Source: Macrostomum hystrix (taxonomy: Eukaryota; Animalia; Platyhelminthes). Taken from it: a DNA stretch of 64,000 nucleotides. Shown one piece after another: positions 1-12,765 of this stretch (the first letter of the stretch is position 1; each line of letters starts with the position of its first letter). The stretch is taken from assembly GCA_950097015.1 (NCBI GenBank), contig CATNEN010000001.1, positions 5,766,001-5,830,000 on the forward strand. Direction: 5' to 3'. The translations under genes and the position numbers were made by a program. Below the pieces are notes generated by a model. It was not told the origin of the DNA and did not search any database. It worked only from the letters and a program-made list of their open reading frames with translations.

Positions 1-1686
1 GTACTCAATGGAAATGGTTGCAAGTAAAAAATGCGGAAAAAAGTTTATCCTACATCAACCATCGAATAATTCGAGTGTGACGTTTATCTACTCGGAATGC
101 CACCAGACGAAGGAAGGCATCTTTGAGTTTTTTTAAAGGCTTTTTTACTCACAAATTCTTCAGGGATATAGTCTGAACTGCTAATTGATCATTTTAAGTT
201 TTACCTGGCTAACTCAGCTTGCTAACAAAGCCAAATTTGTGTTTAACTTTGCCTTGAGAGAGTATCGAGTCAGACAAACCACATTTCAAATTTATTTTAT
301 TCATCCATTTTGTCCGAAAGTGATTTCTTTGTTTACAAAAAAATTTTTGTACAAAAGACAAAAAACGTCACTCAAGGCAGTTCCAGCTACTTAGTTTTGT
401 ATCCCAGTAGCATGCCCAAAGCCGCGTCTGAAGAACACGAGACAACACTGTTCATTTTGCTGGTCTTGTTTTTGTTTTAATTTTCTCTGCAAGGAATAAA
501 TCTCAGAGTGCTACACATTTGCAAATATTTTCTGTTTCAAATTCCTCGCTCGGTGCTAGTAACATCCAGGGATTAGTGTTATGCCGCTGTTCGTTTTGTT
601 CATTTCAATCAAATAAATTCCTTTCTGGAATGTGACAGCCTAGACCATAAGGAGACAGGACCAATATCAAATTACTGTATTGAAAATATGTTTTCCTTCT
701 ATGGTCTATGGTCTATGGCTATCGGGTATCGTCAACGGCTACTACTGCTAGTAGTAGCCCTGAAATGAACTACAACCTAGCTACGGCCAATAAGCAATGT
801 AAAATTGTGTAATAAATTGATTATTTACAAGTTAAAAAGCGTTGAAATCAAGATGTCTATTGAGAGATAACTTATTTATTACACTAAGAGAAAAAAACTA
901 ATTAGTATTTTACAATCCAGGGAAATTTTTCGCTTAAAAACTTGTAAAAGATAAAAAAATACTCAGTATTTTTCGCGTTGGACAAGTTTGAAAGAAGAAG
1001 ATTTTGATAATCAAACCAGTTCCGTTCATTCGTGCGTTAATTCAGAAGGAGGTCGAGAACACGCCAACGAAAGCCCTGAGTATAACTACTAACTGGGGGG
1101 ATTAACAGCCGTTATAATACTATTCATGCAATCCGAGCCAAAATCTTAACAGCTGTGTCTGCAAAGTCACTGCTAAAGATCTGTCTTAAAATTTAAAATA
1201 AAAGCTTAGGACAAAGAGAAAAGGAAATCTAATAACTGTAGTTCAATTATTTGCGAAGCAAAAAAAGACTTAAGCAATCTGCCATGCCATGTCTCTACTC
1301 ACCTTCTAATTGAACTGAGCAAACGTACCAAATCGTGCCTTCGTAAGCACTTGCACATTGTTAACATTTTATGCCACACTCACGAATTAGTAGGAGATTA
1401 TAAGAAATTTGAATTTGGTAGGAATTACCTGTCAAAACCTTTCGTGTGCTTTTGTCGCTTTTCTTCACCGTCGCGTTTCTTGTCTATGGCCTTAACCGTA
1501 TTCATACAGTGTTTCCGACTATTTCCCACTGATTATTCATTGTCTATGGCACTAACGGATTCTAGCAGTGTCCATGCTGGAGTTCGATTGCCTATAGCAA
1601 ATCATATTCTGGCCATGAGTTTCAATCAAATAAACTTGTCTATGGTTAAACTGGGTCTAAGCATGTATGCGAAGGCGTGTGGGCTT

Positions 1687-1994
1687 ATAATAATAATAAT
1701 AATTGATTACACCTGCCCCAATTGGGTCAGATGTGCAGCCGACAGCACAGCCGCAGCTAATGCGCGGCGCATCTGAAGGCTGCGTACAGCTGTTCAGTCC
1801 ACGGACTGGGGGGACGCCACACCCACCTTCAATTATCCCAGCTGATGCTGGTACCCATTTAACAGCTGGGTGAACTGAAGCAATGCAGAGTTAAGTTTCT
1901 TGCTAAAGGACGCAAATTGTTCCAGTGGAGTCGGGAATCGAACCCCCGACCTTCAAGTCGTGAGTCCGACGCCCTAACCACTAGGCTACAACCT
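1687..1994 (-). mobile_element. tRNA-derived SINE, family A (CORE-like central domain), near full length
   Basis: Minus strand has an A-box (TAGCCTAGTGG), a B-box (GGTTCGATTCCC), a central GCAAGAAACTTAACTCTGCATTGCTTCAG...AAATGGGTACC resembling the CORE-SINE domain, and a (TTA)n tail. A homologous copy lies at 3840-4112. Confidence 0.8.
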
Positions 1995-2483
1995 CTGCTC
2001 ACAGTTAAGCAGAAGTGGGCTCAGGAATTAAGCAGAATCGTGTTTTCACTGACAGCGGGTCAATCGTCATCTCAGTGAGCTCTTATTTCACACAGCCATT
2101 TTTAATAACATTTTCCGTCTATTCTTAACTGTTTAGATAGTATCTCGTTACATCGCCATCTTTAGCTTAAAGAAATGTGTGACGCACTCACAAAGTATTT
2201 ACCTAAGTCGCAAAAGTACCAGCAAACAGATGCGCTTCTGAAAAAAGCAAAGATTGAACAGTTCAGAGAACAGCTGAGAGAAATGTATATGAGAGAAAAC
2301 ATGTTTCATGGCAAAAAAGTGGCAAAAAACTGCTAGGGCTAGTGAAACAATAGAACACCATCGATTGGCATTCTAGTCTCAAAGGTTGAGCAAACTTTTT
2401 ATCTAACATGTTTTGCAGACGCAAAACCTCTGGTTGGAGATTTTGAAGAGCTAAACAATTTGATTCTACGCATTTCCGTCACC

Positions 2484-3296
2484 TGTTAGACACAGACTGT
2501 CAGGTGTTAGACACAGACTGTCAGGTGTTAGACACAGACTGTCAGGTGTTAGACACAGACTATCAGGTGTTAGACACAGACTGTCAGGTGTAAGACACAG
2601 ACTGTCAGGTGTTAGACACAGACTGTCAGGTGTTAGACACAGACTATCAGGTGTTAGACACAGACTGTCAGGTGTTAGACACATACTATCAGGTGTTAGA
2701 CACAGACTGTCAGGTGTTAGACACAGACTGTCAGGTGTTAGACACAGACTGTCAGGTGTTAGACACAGACTGTCAGGTGTTAGACACAGACTATCAGGTG
2801 TTAGACACAGACTGTCAGGTGTTAGACACAGACTGTCAGGTGTTAGACACAGACTGTCAGGTGTTAGACACAGACTGTAAGGTGTTAGACACAGACTGTC
2901 AGGTGTTAGACACAGACTGTCAGGTGTTAGACACAGACTGTCAGGTGTTAGACACAGACTATCAGGTGTTAGACACAGACTGTCAGGTGTTAGACACAGA
3001 CTGTCAGGTGTTAGACACAGACTGTCAGGTGTTAGACACAGACTATCAGGTGTTAGACACAGACTGTCAGGTGTTAGACACAGACTGTCAGGTGTTAGAC
3101 ACAGACTGTCAGGTGTTAGACACAGACTATCAGGTGTTAGACACAGACTGTCAGGTGTTAGACACAGACTGTCAGGTGTTAGACACAGACTGTCAGGTGT
3201 TAGACACAGACTGTCAGGTGTTAGACACAGACTGTAAGGTGTTAGACACAGACTGTCAGGTGTTAGACACAGACTGTCAGGTGTTAGACACAGACT
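2484..3296. repeat. 21-bp minisatellite (TGTTAGACACAGACTGTCAGG)n, ~38 units
   Basis: Tandem repeat read directly; explains ORFs 2466..2684 and 2609..3316. Confidence 0.97.
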
Positions 3297-3839
3297 TTAA
3301 GCTGTTAGTCACCTGAGTTACTTGCTATATAATATTAAATATCTGTCGGACTGGCAAATATTGTTGAAGCGAACGTTTGTACTTTTGTCGTTTGTCGGCA
3401 AAAGAAGATGCCTTGGATAGAAATTCTGCATCAACCACCAGGGAAATGATGGAAATTGCGTCTGCTTATTCTATTTAATCAGAGTTGCAAAGACAAATGA
3501 AGTAGATGAACTGAAGACAGGTGGCCAGCTACAACCCAAAAAAAATCAGCAATCTCCCTAGAGGTAAGTGCGGACCAGCTACTAACGTGTTAGAAAATAT
3601 CTGCCAAACCAGATAATTTAGTTTCTAAGAGGCAGCTAAGCTAGCACAAACAAACAGAGGATATTTTTCATTATAGTTTGCCAAATCCTTCTCTCTTTAC
3701 TTCTTCATCTGCACTATATATATAGAAAGAAGCAAGCGAGACTAAAAGTAAATATAAGTTACGAGTAATATGTTACAGAAATCAGTGCAGTAAGACATCG
3801 AATTAGCACAATCTTCTTAGAATATATTGCTTTCCACAT

Positions 3840-4112
3840 GGAGCCTCGTGATTTTCGTAAATGGTTAGAGCATCGGATGGTTGGGGGTTCGATTCCCGAC
3901 TCAGCTGACACCATTTTGTGCCCGTTCGCAAGACACTTAACTCTGCATTGCTTCAGTTCCGAGCTGTTAAATGGGTTCCAGCATCAGCTGGGGGTAATTA
4001 AGGGTGGGTGTGGCGTCCCACCCAGTCCATGGACTGAACAGCCGTACGCAGCCATCAGCTGCGGCTGAGCTGTCTGATGCACATCTGGCCCAATTGGGGC
4101 GGGTGAATCTAA
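3840..4112 (+). mobile_element. tRNA-derived SINE, family A
   Basis: GGTTCGATTCCC B-box; body aligns by eye with the reverse complement of 1687-1994. Confidence 0.8.
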
Positions 4113-4204
4113 AGCATCCAAGCCTTCTCAACATGATAACTTTTTTGAAAAAAAGGATTATTGTCAAGTTAAATAGCGTCAAGTGTTAACAAAATAAGTG
4201 CGGC

Positions 4205-4256
4205 TCCGCCGTGGACTTGAGCTCAAGAACGCGTTAGTCCGCTCTGCCACTCACTC
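4205..4256 (-). mobile_element. Internally deleted 5' fragment of SINE family B
   Basis: CCGCTCTGCCACTCA and AACGCGTTAG match the family B head. Confidence 0.5.
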
Positions 4257-4545
4257 ACGAACATAATTTTCTTCGGAATCACACAGAAAGTCTACTCAGA
4301 TTCTCCTGCTTGTACTTTTACCACAGTTCTAACCGTCGCAAACCCCTCTCCAAATATCCACCCTCTCATGGGTCCAACCGCCAAGCAATGCTACTAATTA
4401 ACGCCATCCCACATTGAGAGCTGCAAAGCAAACCAACTTGGGCTGCTTGGAGAGTTGGTGAATGATTGGCTTTTGGGAACCGACGCCTTTCAGCTTTTCA
4501 GAACTGCGTCAGTGAACAAGACGCGCCGGATATTTCTTCCTTACC

Positions 4546-4868
4546 TGCAGGCAATGGCGCATCATTTGGTGACACCAGACCCGCAGCCAGCCAGGAGGCA
4601 ATTCTGCCCATTTCGCTGACTCCTGAGCACACACGCACACAGATACTGTACGCAGGCACACGCTCACACAGGTGTGTACATCTGCCATGACTTTATCATC
4701 GTCAGGCAGTGTACACTCTCACTGTGCCTGAAGAGCGTAAATTGCACGACAAGCCCCCAAGCCTTCTCTCTGCGCCAGCACCCCCAAATAAATGTGGCCT
4801 CGCCGTGGAATCGAACTTAGTGACCGTGGTGCGAGAGGCAAACGCGTTAGCCGCTCTGCCACCGACCC
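4546..4868 (-). mobile_element. tRNA-derived SINE, family B
   Basis: A-box TGGCAGAGCGG and B-box GTTCGATTCC on the minus strand; body shared with 20760-21116, 51048-51412 and 57820-58125. Confidence 0.8.
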
Positions 4869-5485
4869 AAAGTCCAAATGTTAAAGTTTTGTCATGCTGA
4901 AAGATGTTTCATTGAAAAGAGCGGAAAACTTTAGCCCGTGTTCTGGATTTCATGGTGATTGGTTAGACGTGTTAGGAATAAATAAAAAAGATAAGGGTAG
5001 TTGAAATTCCCCACGCTGTTTCTACAGTTGATAGGGCTCACTGCACGGCCATTCGACTGTCACACAAGGGCCACACTAATTAGTGCTAGCCAACTAACTA
5101 TCTGCAGGCTGGCACGAATTCCGGCCCCCCCCAAAAAGATCCTGAACTCCAGCGGAAACTCTGCTTCTGGATGATTTCATTTCACGCGTCACCAGGGACC
5201 AAAGCTTTCTTGGGCTTGTAAAACATGCGAAAATACTGCAGGACAGCAGGGAATATTTTTAAGACTTTTCCCTGCCACCGCCACGTCTTTTCGGATTTCT
5301 TTTCTACCCAGTTTCAGGACACGGCACTTTTGCTGGCTGACAGAATTTAGCTGTCATGTGACACCAAAAATTTTTTTTTGGCCACCCACACTCAGTCAAA
5401 TATATATGCATTCCTTTCTGTGTACACTCGAACTTAATTATATGCAACGTTTATTCCCCTAAATCTCTTCACACAACTCAATTCA

Positions 5486-7335
5486 CACACCTCAATTCAT
5501 TCACCTGTCATCACACACCTCAATTCATTCACCTGTCATCAGACACCTCAATTCATTCACCTGTCATCACACACCTCAATTCATTCACCTGTCATCACAC
5601 ACCTCAATTCATTCACCTGTCATCACACACCTCAATTCATTCACCTGTCATCACACACCTCAATTCATTCAGCTGTCATCAGACACCTCAATTCATTCAC
5701 CTGTCATCACACACCTCAATTCATTCACCTGCCATCACACACCTCAATTCATTCACCTGCCATCACACACCTCAATTCATTCACCTGTCATCACACACCT
5801 CAATTCATTCACCTGTCATCACACACCTCAATTCATTCACCTGCCATCACACACCTCAATTCATTCACCTGCCATCACACACCTCAATTCATTCACCTGT
5901 CATCACACACCTCAATTCATTCACCTGTCATCACACACCTCAATTCATTCAGCTGTCATCAGACACCTCAATTCATTCACCTGTCATCAGACACCTCAAT
6001 TCATTCAGCTGTCATCAGACACCTCAATTCATTCAGCTGTCATCACACACCTCAATTCATTCACCTGTCATCACACACCTCAATTCATTCAGCTGTCATC
6101 ACACACCTCAATTCATTCACCTGTCATCACACACCTCAATTCATTCACCTGTCATCACACACTCCAATTCATTCAGCTGTCATCACACACCTCAATTCAT
6201 TCACCTGTCATCACACACCTCAATTCATTCACCTGTCATCACACACCTCAATTCATTCAGCTGTCATCAGACACCTCAATTCATTCACCTGTCATCACAC
6301 ACCTCAATTCATTCACCTGCCATCACACACCTCAATTCATTCACCTGCCATCACACACCTCAATTCATTCACCTGTCATCACACACCTCAATTCATTCAC
6401 CTGTCATCACACACCTCAATTCATTCACCTGCCATCACACACCTCAATTCATTCACCTGCCATCACACACCTCAATTCATTCACCTGTCATCACACACCT
6501 CAATTCATTCACCTGCCATCACACACCTCAATTCATTCACCTGTCATCACACACCTCAATTCATTCAGCTGTCATCAGACACCTCAATTCATTCACCTGT
6601 CATCAGACACCTCAATTCATTCAGCTGTCATCAGACACCTCAATTCATTCAGCTGTCATCACACACCTCAATTCATTCACCTGTCATCACACACCTCAAT
6701 TCATTCACCTGCCATCACACACCTCAATTCATTCACCTGTCATCACACACCTCAATTCATTCAGCTGTCATCAGACACCTCAATTCATTCACCTGTCATC
6801 AGACACCTCAATTCATTCAGCTGTCATCAGACACCTCAATTCATTCAGCTGTCATCACACACCTCAATTCATTCACCTGTCATCACACACCTCAATTCAT
6901 TCAGCTGTCATCAGACACCTCAATTCATTCACCTGTCATCAGACACCTCAATTCATTCACCTGCCATCACACAACTCAATTCATTCACCTGTCATCACAC
7001 ACCTCAATTCATTCACCTGTCATCAGACACCTCAATTCATTCAGCTGTCATCACACACCTCAATTCATTCACCTGCCATCACACACCTCAATTCATTCAC
7101 CTGTCATCAGACACCTCAATTCATTCACCTGCCATCACACACCTCAATTCATTCACCTGTCATCACACACCTCAATTCATTCACCTGCCATCACACACCT
7201 CAATTCATTCACCTGCCATCACACACCTCAATTCATTCACCTGTCATCACACACCTCAATTCATTCACCTGTCATCAGACACCTCAATTCATTCACCTGC
7301 CATCACACACCTCAATTCATTCACCTGCCATCACA
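5486..7335. repeat. 28-bp minisatellite (ACACCTCAATTCATTCACCTGTCATCAC)n, ~65 units
   Basis: Period 28 seen directly (CAATTC at 5521 and 5549). Confidence 0.97.
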
Positions 7336-7884
7336 TTGTAAACAGTAATTTGTTTGCAATCCTTGTTCCAGAGGTAGGGAACAAATATTTCGGGCTGGAC
7401 ACAGCAGAAGCACTTCTATGAAGAAGTAACTGTTGTTTTTAGCAAATGTTATCCCGAATGGGCGATGGATGAGAAAACACGATCAAATATTTTTCTCCCT
7501 AACCAGCTGGGAAAAACTCCCACAGTGCACATTCAAGCTGCTTGAGATTGTTCGCTTGATTTCGCAGTGGATGACACGGGCTTGACGGATTGTGCAGAAT
7601 CGATCTCGTTGAAGAGACATGTCTGTTAACTGTACCAGCACTATAATGCAACAGGAAATCTATAGTTGGACTCCCTAAAGTACTTTGTGCCATCCGATGC
7701 TGTCCTCTTAGTCTGTTGTGTCTGTCATGCCTGCTTTTGGGTGCAGCTCTCGGGACGTAGCCTTATCACAATGCGGCTGTCATGCTGAGGAGTTGAACGA
7801 GAGACAGACAGAAAGACAAGCAGCGATTTCAGAATGGACTGATGAGATTGAGCCTTCGGATACAGATGTCACTTAGAAACGGTA

Positions 7885-8303
7885 GGGTGTCAGACGGATA
7901 AGGAGAGGGTGTCAGACGGATAGGGAGAGGCTGTCAGATGGATAGGGAGAGGCTGTCAGACGGATAGGGAGAGGGTGTCGGACGGATAGGGAGAGGCTAT
8001 CAGACGGATAGGGAGAGGGTGTCAGACGGATAGGGAGAGGCTATCAGACGGATAGGGAGAGGGTGTCAGACGGATAGGGAGAGGGTGTCAGACGGATAGG
8101 AAGAGGCTATCAGACGGATAGGGAGAGGGTGTCAGACGGATAGGGAGAGGGTGTCAGACGGATAGGGAGAGGGTGTCAGACGGATAGGGAGAGGGTGTCA
8201 GACGGATAGGGAGAGGGTGTCAGACGGATAGGGAGAGGGTGTCAGACGGATAGGGAGAGGGTGTCAGACGGATAGGGAGAGGGTGTCAGACGGAGGGTGT
8301 CAG
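7885..8303. repeat. 22-bp G-rich minisatellite (GTCAGACGGATAGGGAGAGGGT)n
   Basis: Period 22 seen directly. Confidence 0.95.
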
Positions 8304-8309
8304 AGTGTA

Positions 8310-8468
8310 ACTCACCCCCTTTCTTCACAACTCACTCCATCTCCTCAGAACTCACCCCTCTCTTCACAACTCACCCCCTCACTTCACAACTCACCCCCTC
8401 TCTTCACAACTCTTTCCAACTCTTCACAACTCACCCCCCCTCTTAACAACTCTCCCCCTCCTCACAAA
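8310..8468. repeat. Degenerate ~20-bp C-rich repeat (AACTCACCCCTCTCTTCAC)n
   Basis: Imperfect tandem units next to the 22-bp array. Confidence 0.8.
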
Positions 8469-9143
8469 ACTCAGTCTTCTAATGTCGAGCACTTTAAAAA
8501 TATTCTAGTTTTGGTAGATTTCGAAGAATTTCTGTCATGAAGCGAAATTTTCGATCGTGTGAGTCGTAGAAAGTTTAGAAATTTGCAGATCCAAGTCTAA
8601 ATCAATAGCTTGACAATGTCACGTGTAATAATCTGGTTTCAATACAAATTAAAATGCCTATTTTTGCAATTTGTGTGGTGAAATAAGACAGTTTCAATTA
8701 GTTAAATACTTAAAATATGCATTCTCGTGTTTGGGTTCTTACTTTCTAGGAAAATTATTCAACCTATAGACAAATGTGCATGTCTCATTGATTTTAAAGA
8801 TACACAATCAATGCGTAAACAATGACCAGCGATTGTTTGAATGACATATACAAATATTAAAAACAAAAATAAAAAAATCATGCATGCTAATTGACAGTCG
8901 AAAAATAAAATCTAAATAATCATATGTATCTATAGTCAATTATGAAGTCTTTCAAAACCGGAGGATTTGAGTAATGGGAGTACAAAGTACTTATCGTAGT
9001 TATCGTAGCATAAAGCTCGTTTCCAAACCACGACGTCTTTGTATGTGACGTCAAACCTTTCAAACAGCTCACGTTGAGAACAAATAAAAATATTGCTTCT
9101 GTACAATCGAGGTCGCATCGAGTTTTCAAATCAGAATGCTTAT

Positions 9144-10484
9144 TCACAACTGCTGCAGTTCAATTCGGTCTGGTCCGTGCCCGAAGTTCCAGGTGATGCG
9201 GCAGCCGCAGCAGCAGCGGCATCGGTTGCCTAGTCGACGTATTGTGCGTCGATAAAGCGAATGTGTCGCCACCAAGAAGTAGGGATTGAACATACAGTTG
9301 GTTAGAGCCAGAAGGTGGAAGCTGAACACCAGCTTATGCATCAGCTCACTGTTGCTGTTGTGGTCAGATTCAAGCAAACTCGACCTGTACAGCTGCAGGC
9401 ACTGCATTGGCAGCCAGGTGAGAGCAAAGATTAGCACTAGAGCAACGCCTAGTAGGAAAATTCGTCTTGAGGTGGCCACTCGCTTGCGTCGATTCATGGC
9501 GCTGCAAGTGGAGGCCAGCGAGAAGTGGTGCCGCATGCTTGACAGACGCACCAAGGTGGTGTCCGAGGTCTGGTAACTGCAGGACATCATCATGGCCTCG
9601 TAGCGCTTGTGCACGTTCAGAATGCGGTTGGACACGTAGATTGCTCGGCAGATTCGAAAGTAGGCAACGGTGAGGCTGAGCAGTGGCAGCAGGCACACTA
9701 GGTTGAGCACAGCGACTCCGTACCAGAACTCGCTACCGCGCATCGGAGATACTGCCGTTGAATTACTCGAATCCGACGTCGGCTCGCCGATGAGGCTCCA
9801 GTCCTCGTGACACACCGGCCAGTTGATGTTGACGCCCAGCCGAATGAAACGACTCTCCGTGCTACGATCGACGATGGAAACTCGGGCCACCGGGGCGGAG
9901 ATGGCCAGCGAGGCGAGCCAGATGCTGCCGATCGTCAGCAGCTCGTTGCGAGCCAATCTGCGTCCACCGTCCGGCCAGCCGACGGCGTTCTTGCTGACGC
10001 TGAGACTTCGCAGCCAGCTGAGGCAAGTGAGGGTGAAGACGCTGCTGCACATCAGGCTGACACTGAGTGAGTGACGAAGCTTGCAGGCTGCTTCGCCTAG
10101 AAACCACCGGTTGTCGATCTGATCAGCGCAGGTGGCTGGAATGATTGTCAGCGCAACTAGCAGGTCGCACACAATCAGGTTCAGGTAGAAGCAGCGATGA
10201 CTTTGACTCTTTCGCTGGTTCCAGGCTGAGACGATGGCGTACAGCATCAGCAAGTTACCAACAATGGCCAACGCTGACACAAAGCTGTACATGGCGATCA
10301 TGCCTCGGTAGAATGGCTGGGAAAGCTTGGCGGCCACAGTCTCATTGTAGAGTATCGACTCCAGCACCGTTTGAAGTCTGGCTAGATAATTCGGATCTGT
10401 CATCATGGGCAGCCGACTAGCTTTCAGAGAGTCGTTCTCAAACGCTTGAGTCCGGTACGGATGGTTCAGGGTGGCCTTCTCCAT
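9144..10484 (-). CDS. Rhodopsin-family (class A) GPCR, neuropeptide (NPY/NPF/RFamide-type) receptor-like, 446 aa, intronless CDS
   Basis: Seven hydrophobic segments with class A motifs: TM1 VGN, TM2 NLIVCDLL, WFLGEAACK, TM4 WLASLAISAP, ECL2 CHEDW, TM5 LLPL..Y, TM6 FALTWLP, TM7 NCMFNP; C-terminal Cys cluster. Confidence 0.92.
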   Translation of the reverse strand: MEKATLNHPYRTQAFENDSLKASRLPMMTDPNYLARLQTVLESILYNETVAAKLSQPFYRGMIAMYSFVSALAIVGNLLMLYAIVSAWNQRKSQSHRCFYLNLIVCDLLVALTIIPATCADQIDNRWFLGEAACKLRHSLSVSLMCSSVFTLTCLSWLRSLSVSKNAVGWPDGGRRLARNELLTIGSIWLASLAISAPVARVSIVDRSTESRFIRLGVNINWPVCHEDWSLIGEPTSDSSNSTAVSPMRGSEFWYGVAVLNLVCLLPLLSLTVAYFRICRAIYVSNRILNVHKRYEAMMMSCSYQTSDTTLVRLSSMRHHFSLASTCSAMNRRKRVATSRRIFLLGVALVLIFALTWLPMQCLQLYRSSLLESDHNSNSELMHKLVFSFHLLALTNCMFNPYFLVATHSLYRRTIRRLGNRCRCCCGCRITWNFGHGPDRIELQQL

Positions 10485-11239
10485 CAGCTAGAATCTAACA
10501 GTACTAAGTTTAGTAAATATAGTGATTCTATATAGTATTCAGGCCAAATGAACAGACAGAGTAATATAGAACGGGCAAGGAGGATAGAGCCACAGACACA
10601 GGCCAGCGTTGATGGCTTAGTGGAGAGGAAAAATGCGTTTTTTAGATTTCCGGAAAACCGCAGAGAGTGAAAGAGAGAATGAGAGCGGAAAATATGTTGG
10701 AGACTGTGGCAGGCGGGGGCAGAAAGTAGGCAGTGCGGTGGTAGAGGACGTTTTTCGCCCAAAATCGATGCCTGACGCCGTATTTCTATGCCGCCGCGAT
10801 GGAATCCGGGAATCTCGGTCCAGCTGCGGAATGGAGGGACGTAGAGTTTGTAGGGAGGACCAGAGGGTACGTGGTTAGTCTCTAACCAGCATTCACTCTC
10901 TTCCCCTCCGTCTTCCTCGTTATCCCTAGTCGTCACTCTCTGATTGGCTGACGCTGTCCTTCAGGTCCTGTATTCGCAGCTAGAAGGGCCATTGAACTTG
11001 AAGAATGACTGACGGCCGATGGCGGTCAAGAGGTTTGTCCGACTGAAAATCACATAGGAATTCAAGATCAAGGTAGGACAGACTGCTCAGATACGGAAGT
11101 GAATAGCTGTGTTCTTGAAATGCGGCAGATCTATGATTTCTGGAATCACTTTTGGCTTTTATGAAAAATGTTTGAGACGACAAGATGACAGTCCGAGAGA
11201 AAACGAGAGTGAAGGATAGAATCAGAGAGTAAGGGAGAG

Positions 11240-11515
11240 TTAGAGTCAGAGAGAGTCAGAGAGAGACAGAGAGAGACAGAGAGAGTCAGAGAGAGTCAGA
11301 GAGAGTCAGAGAGAGTCAGAGAGAGTCAGAGAGAGTCAGAGAGAGTCAGAGAGAGTCAGAGAGAGTCAGAGAGAGAGTCAGAGAGAGAGTCAGAGAGAGA
11401 CAGAGAGAGAGTCAGACAGTCAGAGAGAGACAGAGAGAGACAGAGAGAGTCAGAGAGAGAGAGTCAGAGAGAGAGACAGAGAGAGACAGAGAGAGTCAGA
11501 GAAAGTCAGAGAGAC
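11240..11515. repeat. 10-bp purine-rich repeat (GAGAGTCAGA)n
   Basis: Read directly. Confidence 0.95.
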
Positions 11516-11931
11516 AACACAGTGATATAATTTGCTAGGTAAATTGAATTTCACACCCAGTGCCAATTCTTTATTGATTTATCTGGTGCCACATCTGTAG
11601 CCATTTTAGATTACTCGTGTTAATCCTGTGCGAATTTCAAGTCTTGCAGACAAATCTGATTAGGCCCCGTCTTGACCCACTTTGGTCAGCTCGAGTCATT
11701 CAATTATCGCTTATAGAGTTGCACTTTTTTATTTTTGAAGCAGAATTAATTGATTCTGTGCACTAAATTTCTGTACAGTCAACTGATTTCCTTAGTTTCC
11801 CTGTCTCCTAAGAATGTAAACAAATTGGTGTTTTGAAAAAAGCGATACAAAATATTAAATACCTCTACAATTGTTAGACATGACTAATATCGCTTGGTTA
11901 AGTATCGATTGTCTGTCAGATAGACTGTTCG

Positions 11932-12765
11932 ATATTATCTCACGTGTTAGATATTGTCTCACCTGTTAGATATTGTTTCACCTGTTAGATATTGTCTCAC
12001 CTGTTAGATATTAATTCACCTGTTAGATATTGTCTCATCTGTTAGATATTGTCTCACCTGTTTGATATTGTCTCATCTGTTAGATATCGTCTCACCTGTT
12101 TGATATTGTCTCATCTGTTAGATATTGTCTCACCTGTTTGATATTGTCTCATCTGTTAGATAGTGTCTCACCTGTTAGATATTAATTCACCTGTCTGATA
12201 CTGTCTCACCTGTTTGATATTGTCTCACCTGTTAGATATTGTCTCACCTGTCTGATACTGTCTCAACTGTTTGATATTGTCTCACCTGTTAGATATTGTC
12301 TCACCTGTTAGATATTGTCTCATCTGTTAGATATTGTCTTATCTGTTAGATATTAATTCACCTGTCTGATACTGTCTCACCTGTTAGATATTGTCTCACC
12401 TGTTAGATATTGTCTCATCTGTTAGATATTGTCTCATCTGTTAGATATTAATTCACCTGTCTGATACTGTCTCACCTGTTAGATATTGTCTCACCTGTTA
12501 GATATTGTCTCATCTCTTAGATATTGTCTCACCTGTTAGATATTAATTCACCTGTCTGATACTGTCTCACCTGTTAGATATTGTCTTACCTGTTAGATAT
12601 TGTCTCACCTGTTAGATATTGTCTTACCTGTTAGATATTGTCTTACCTGTAAGATATTGTCTCACCTGTTAGATATTGTCTTACCTGTTAGATATTGTCT
12701 TACCTGTTAGATATTGTCTCACCTGTTAGATATTGTCTTACCTGTTAGATATTGTCTTACCTATT
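11932..12765. repeat. 19-bp minisatellite (TGTCTCACCTGTTAGATAT)n
   Basis: Read directly. Confidence 0.95.

Noticed and set aside
1920-1994. tRNA genes at the SINE heads (also 3840, 21050, 22355, 44472, 51048)
   Set aside because: A/B boxes are present, but there is no complete cloverleaf and most continue into SINE bodies.
2466-3316. (VLDTDCQ)n and (LCLTPDS)n ORFs
   Set aside because: A 21-bp unit open by chance; no ATG start and no unique coding flank.
10484-10936. Upstream ORF whose TGA overlaps the GPCR ATG (TGATG), suggesting stop-restart coupling
   Set aside because: No ATG start and no recognisable protein features; probably coincidental.
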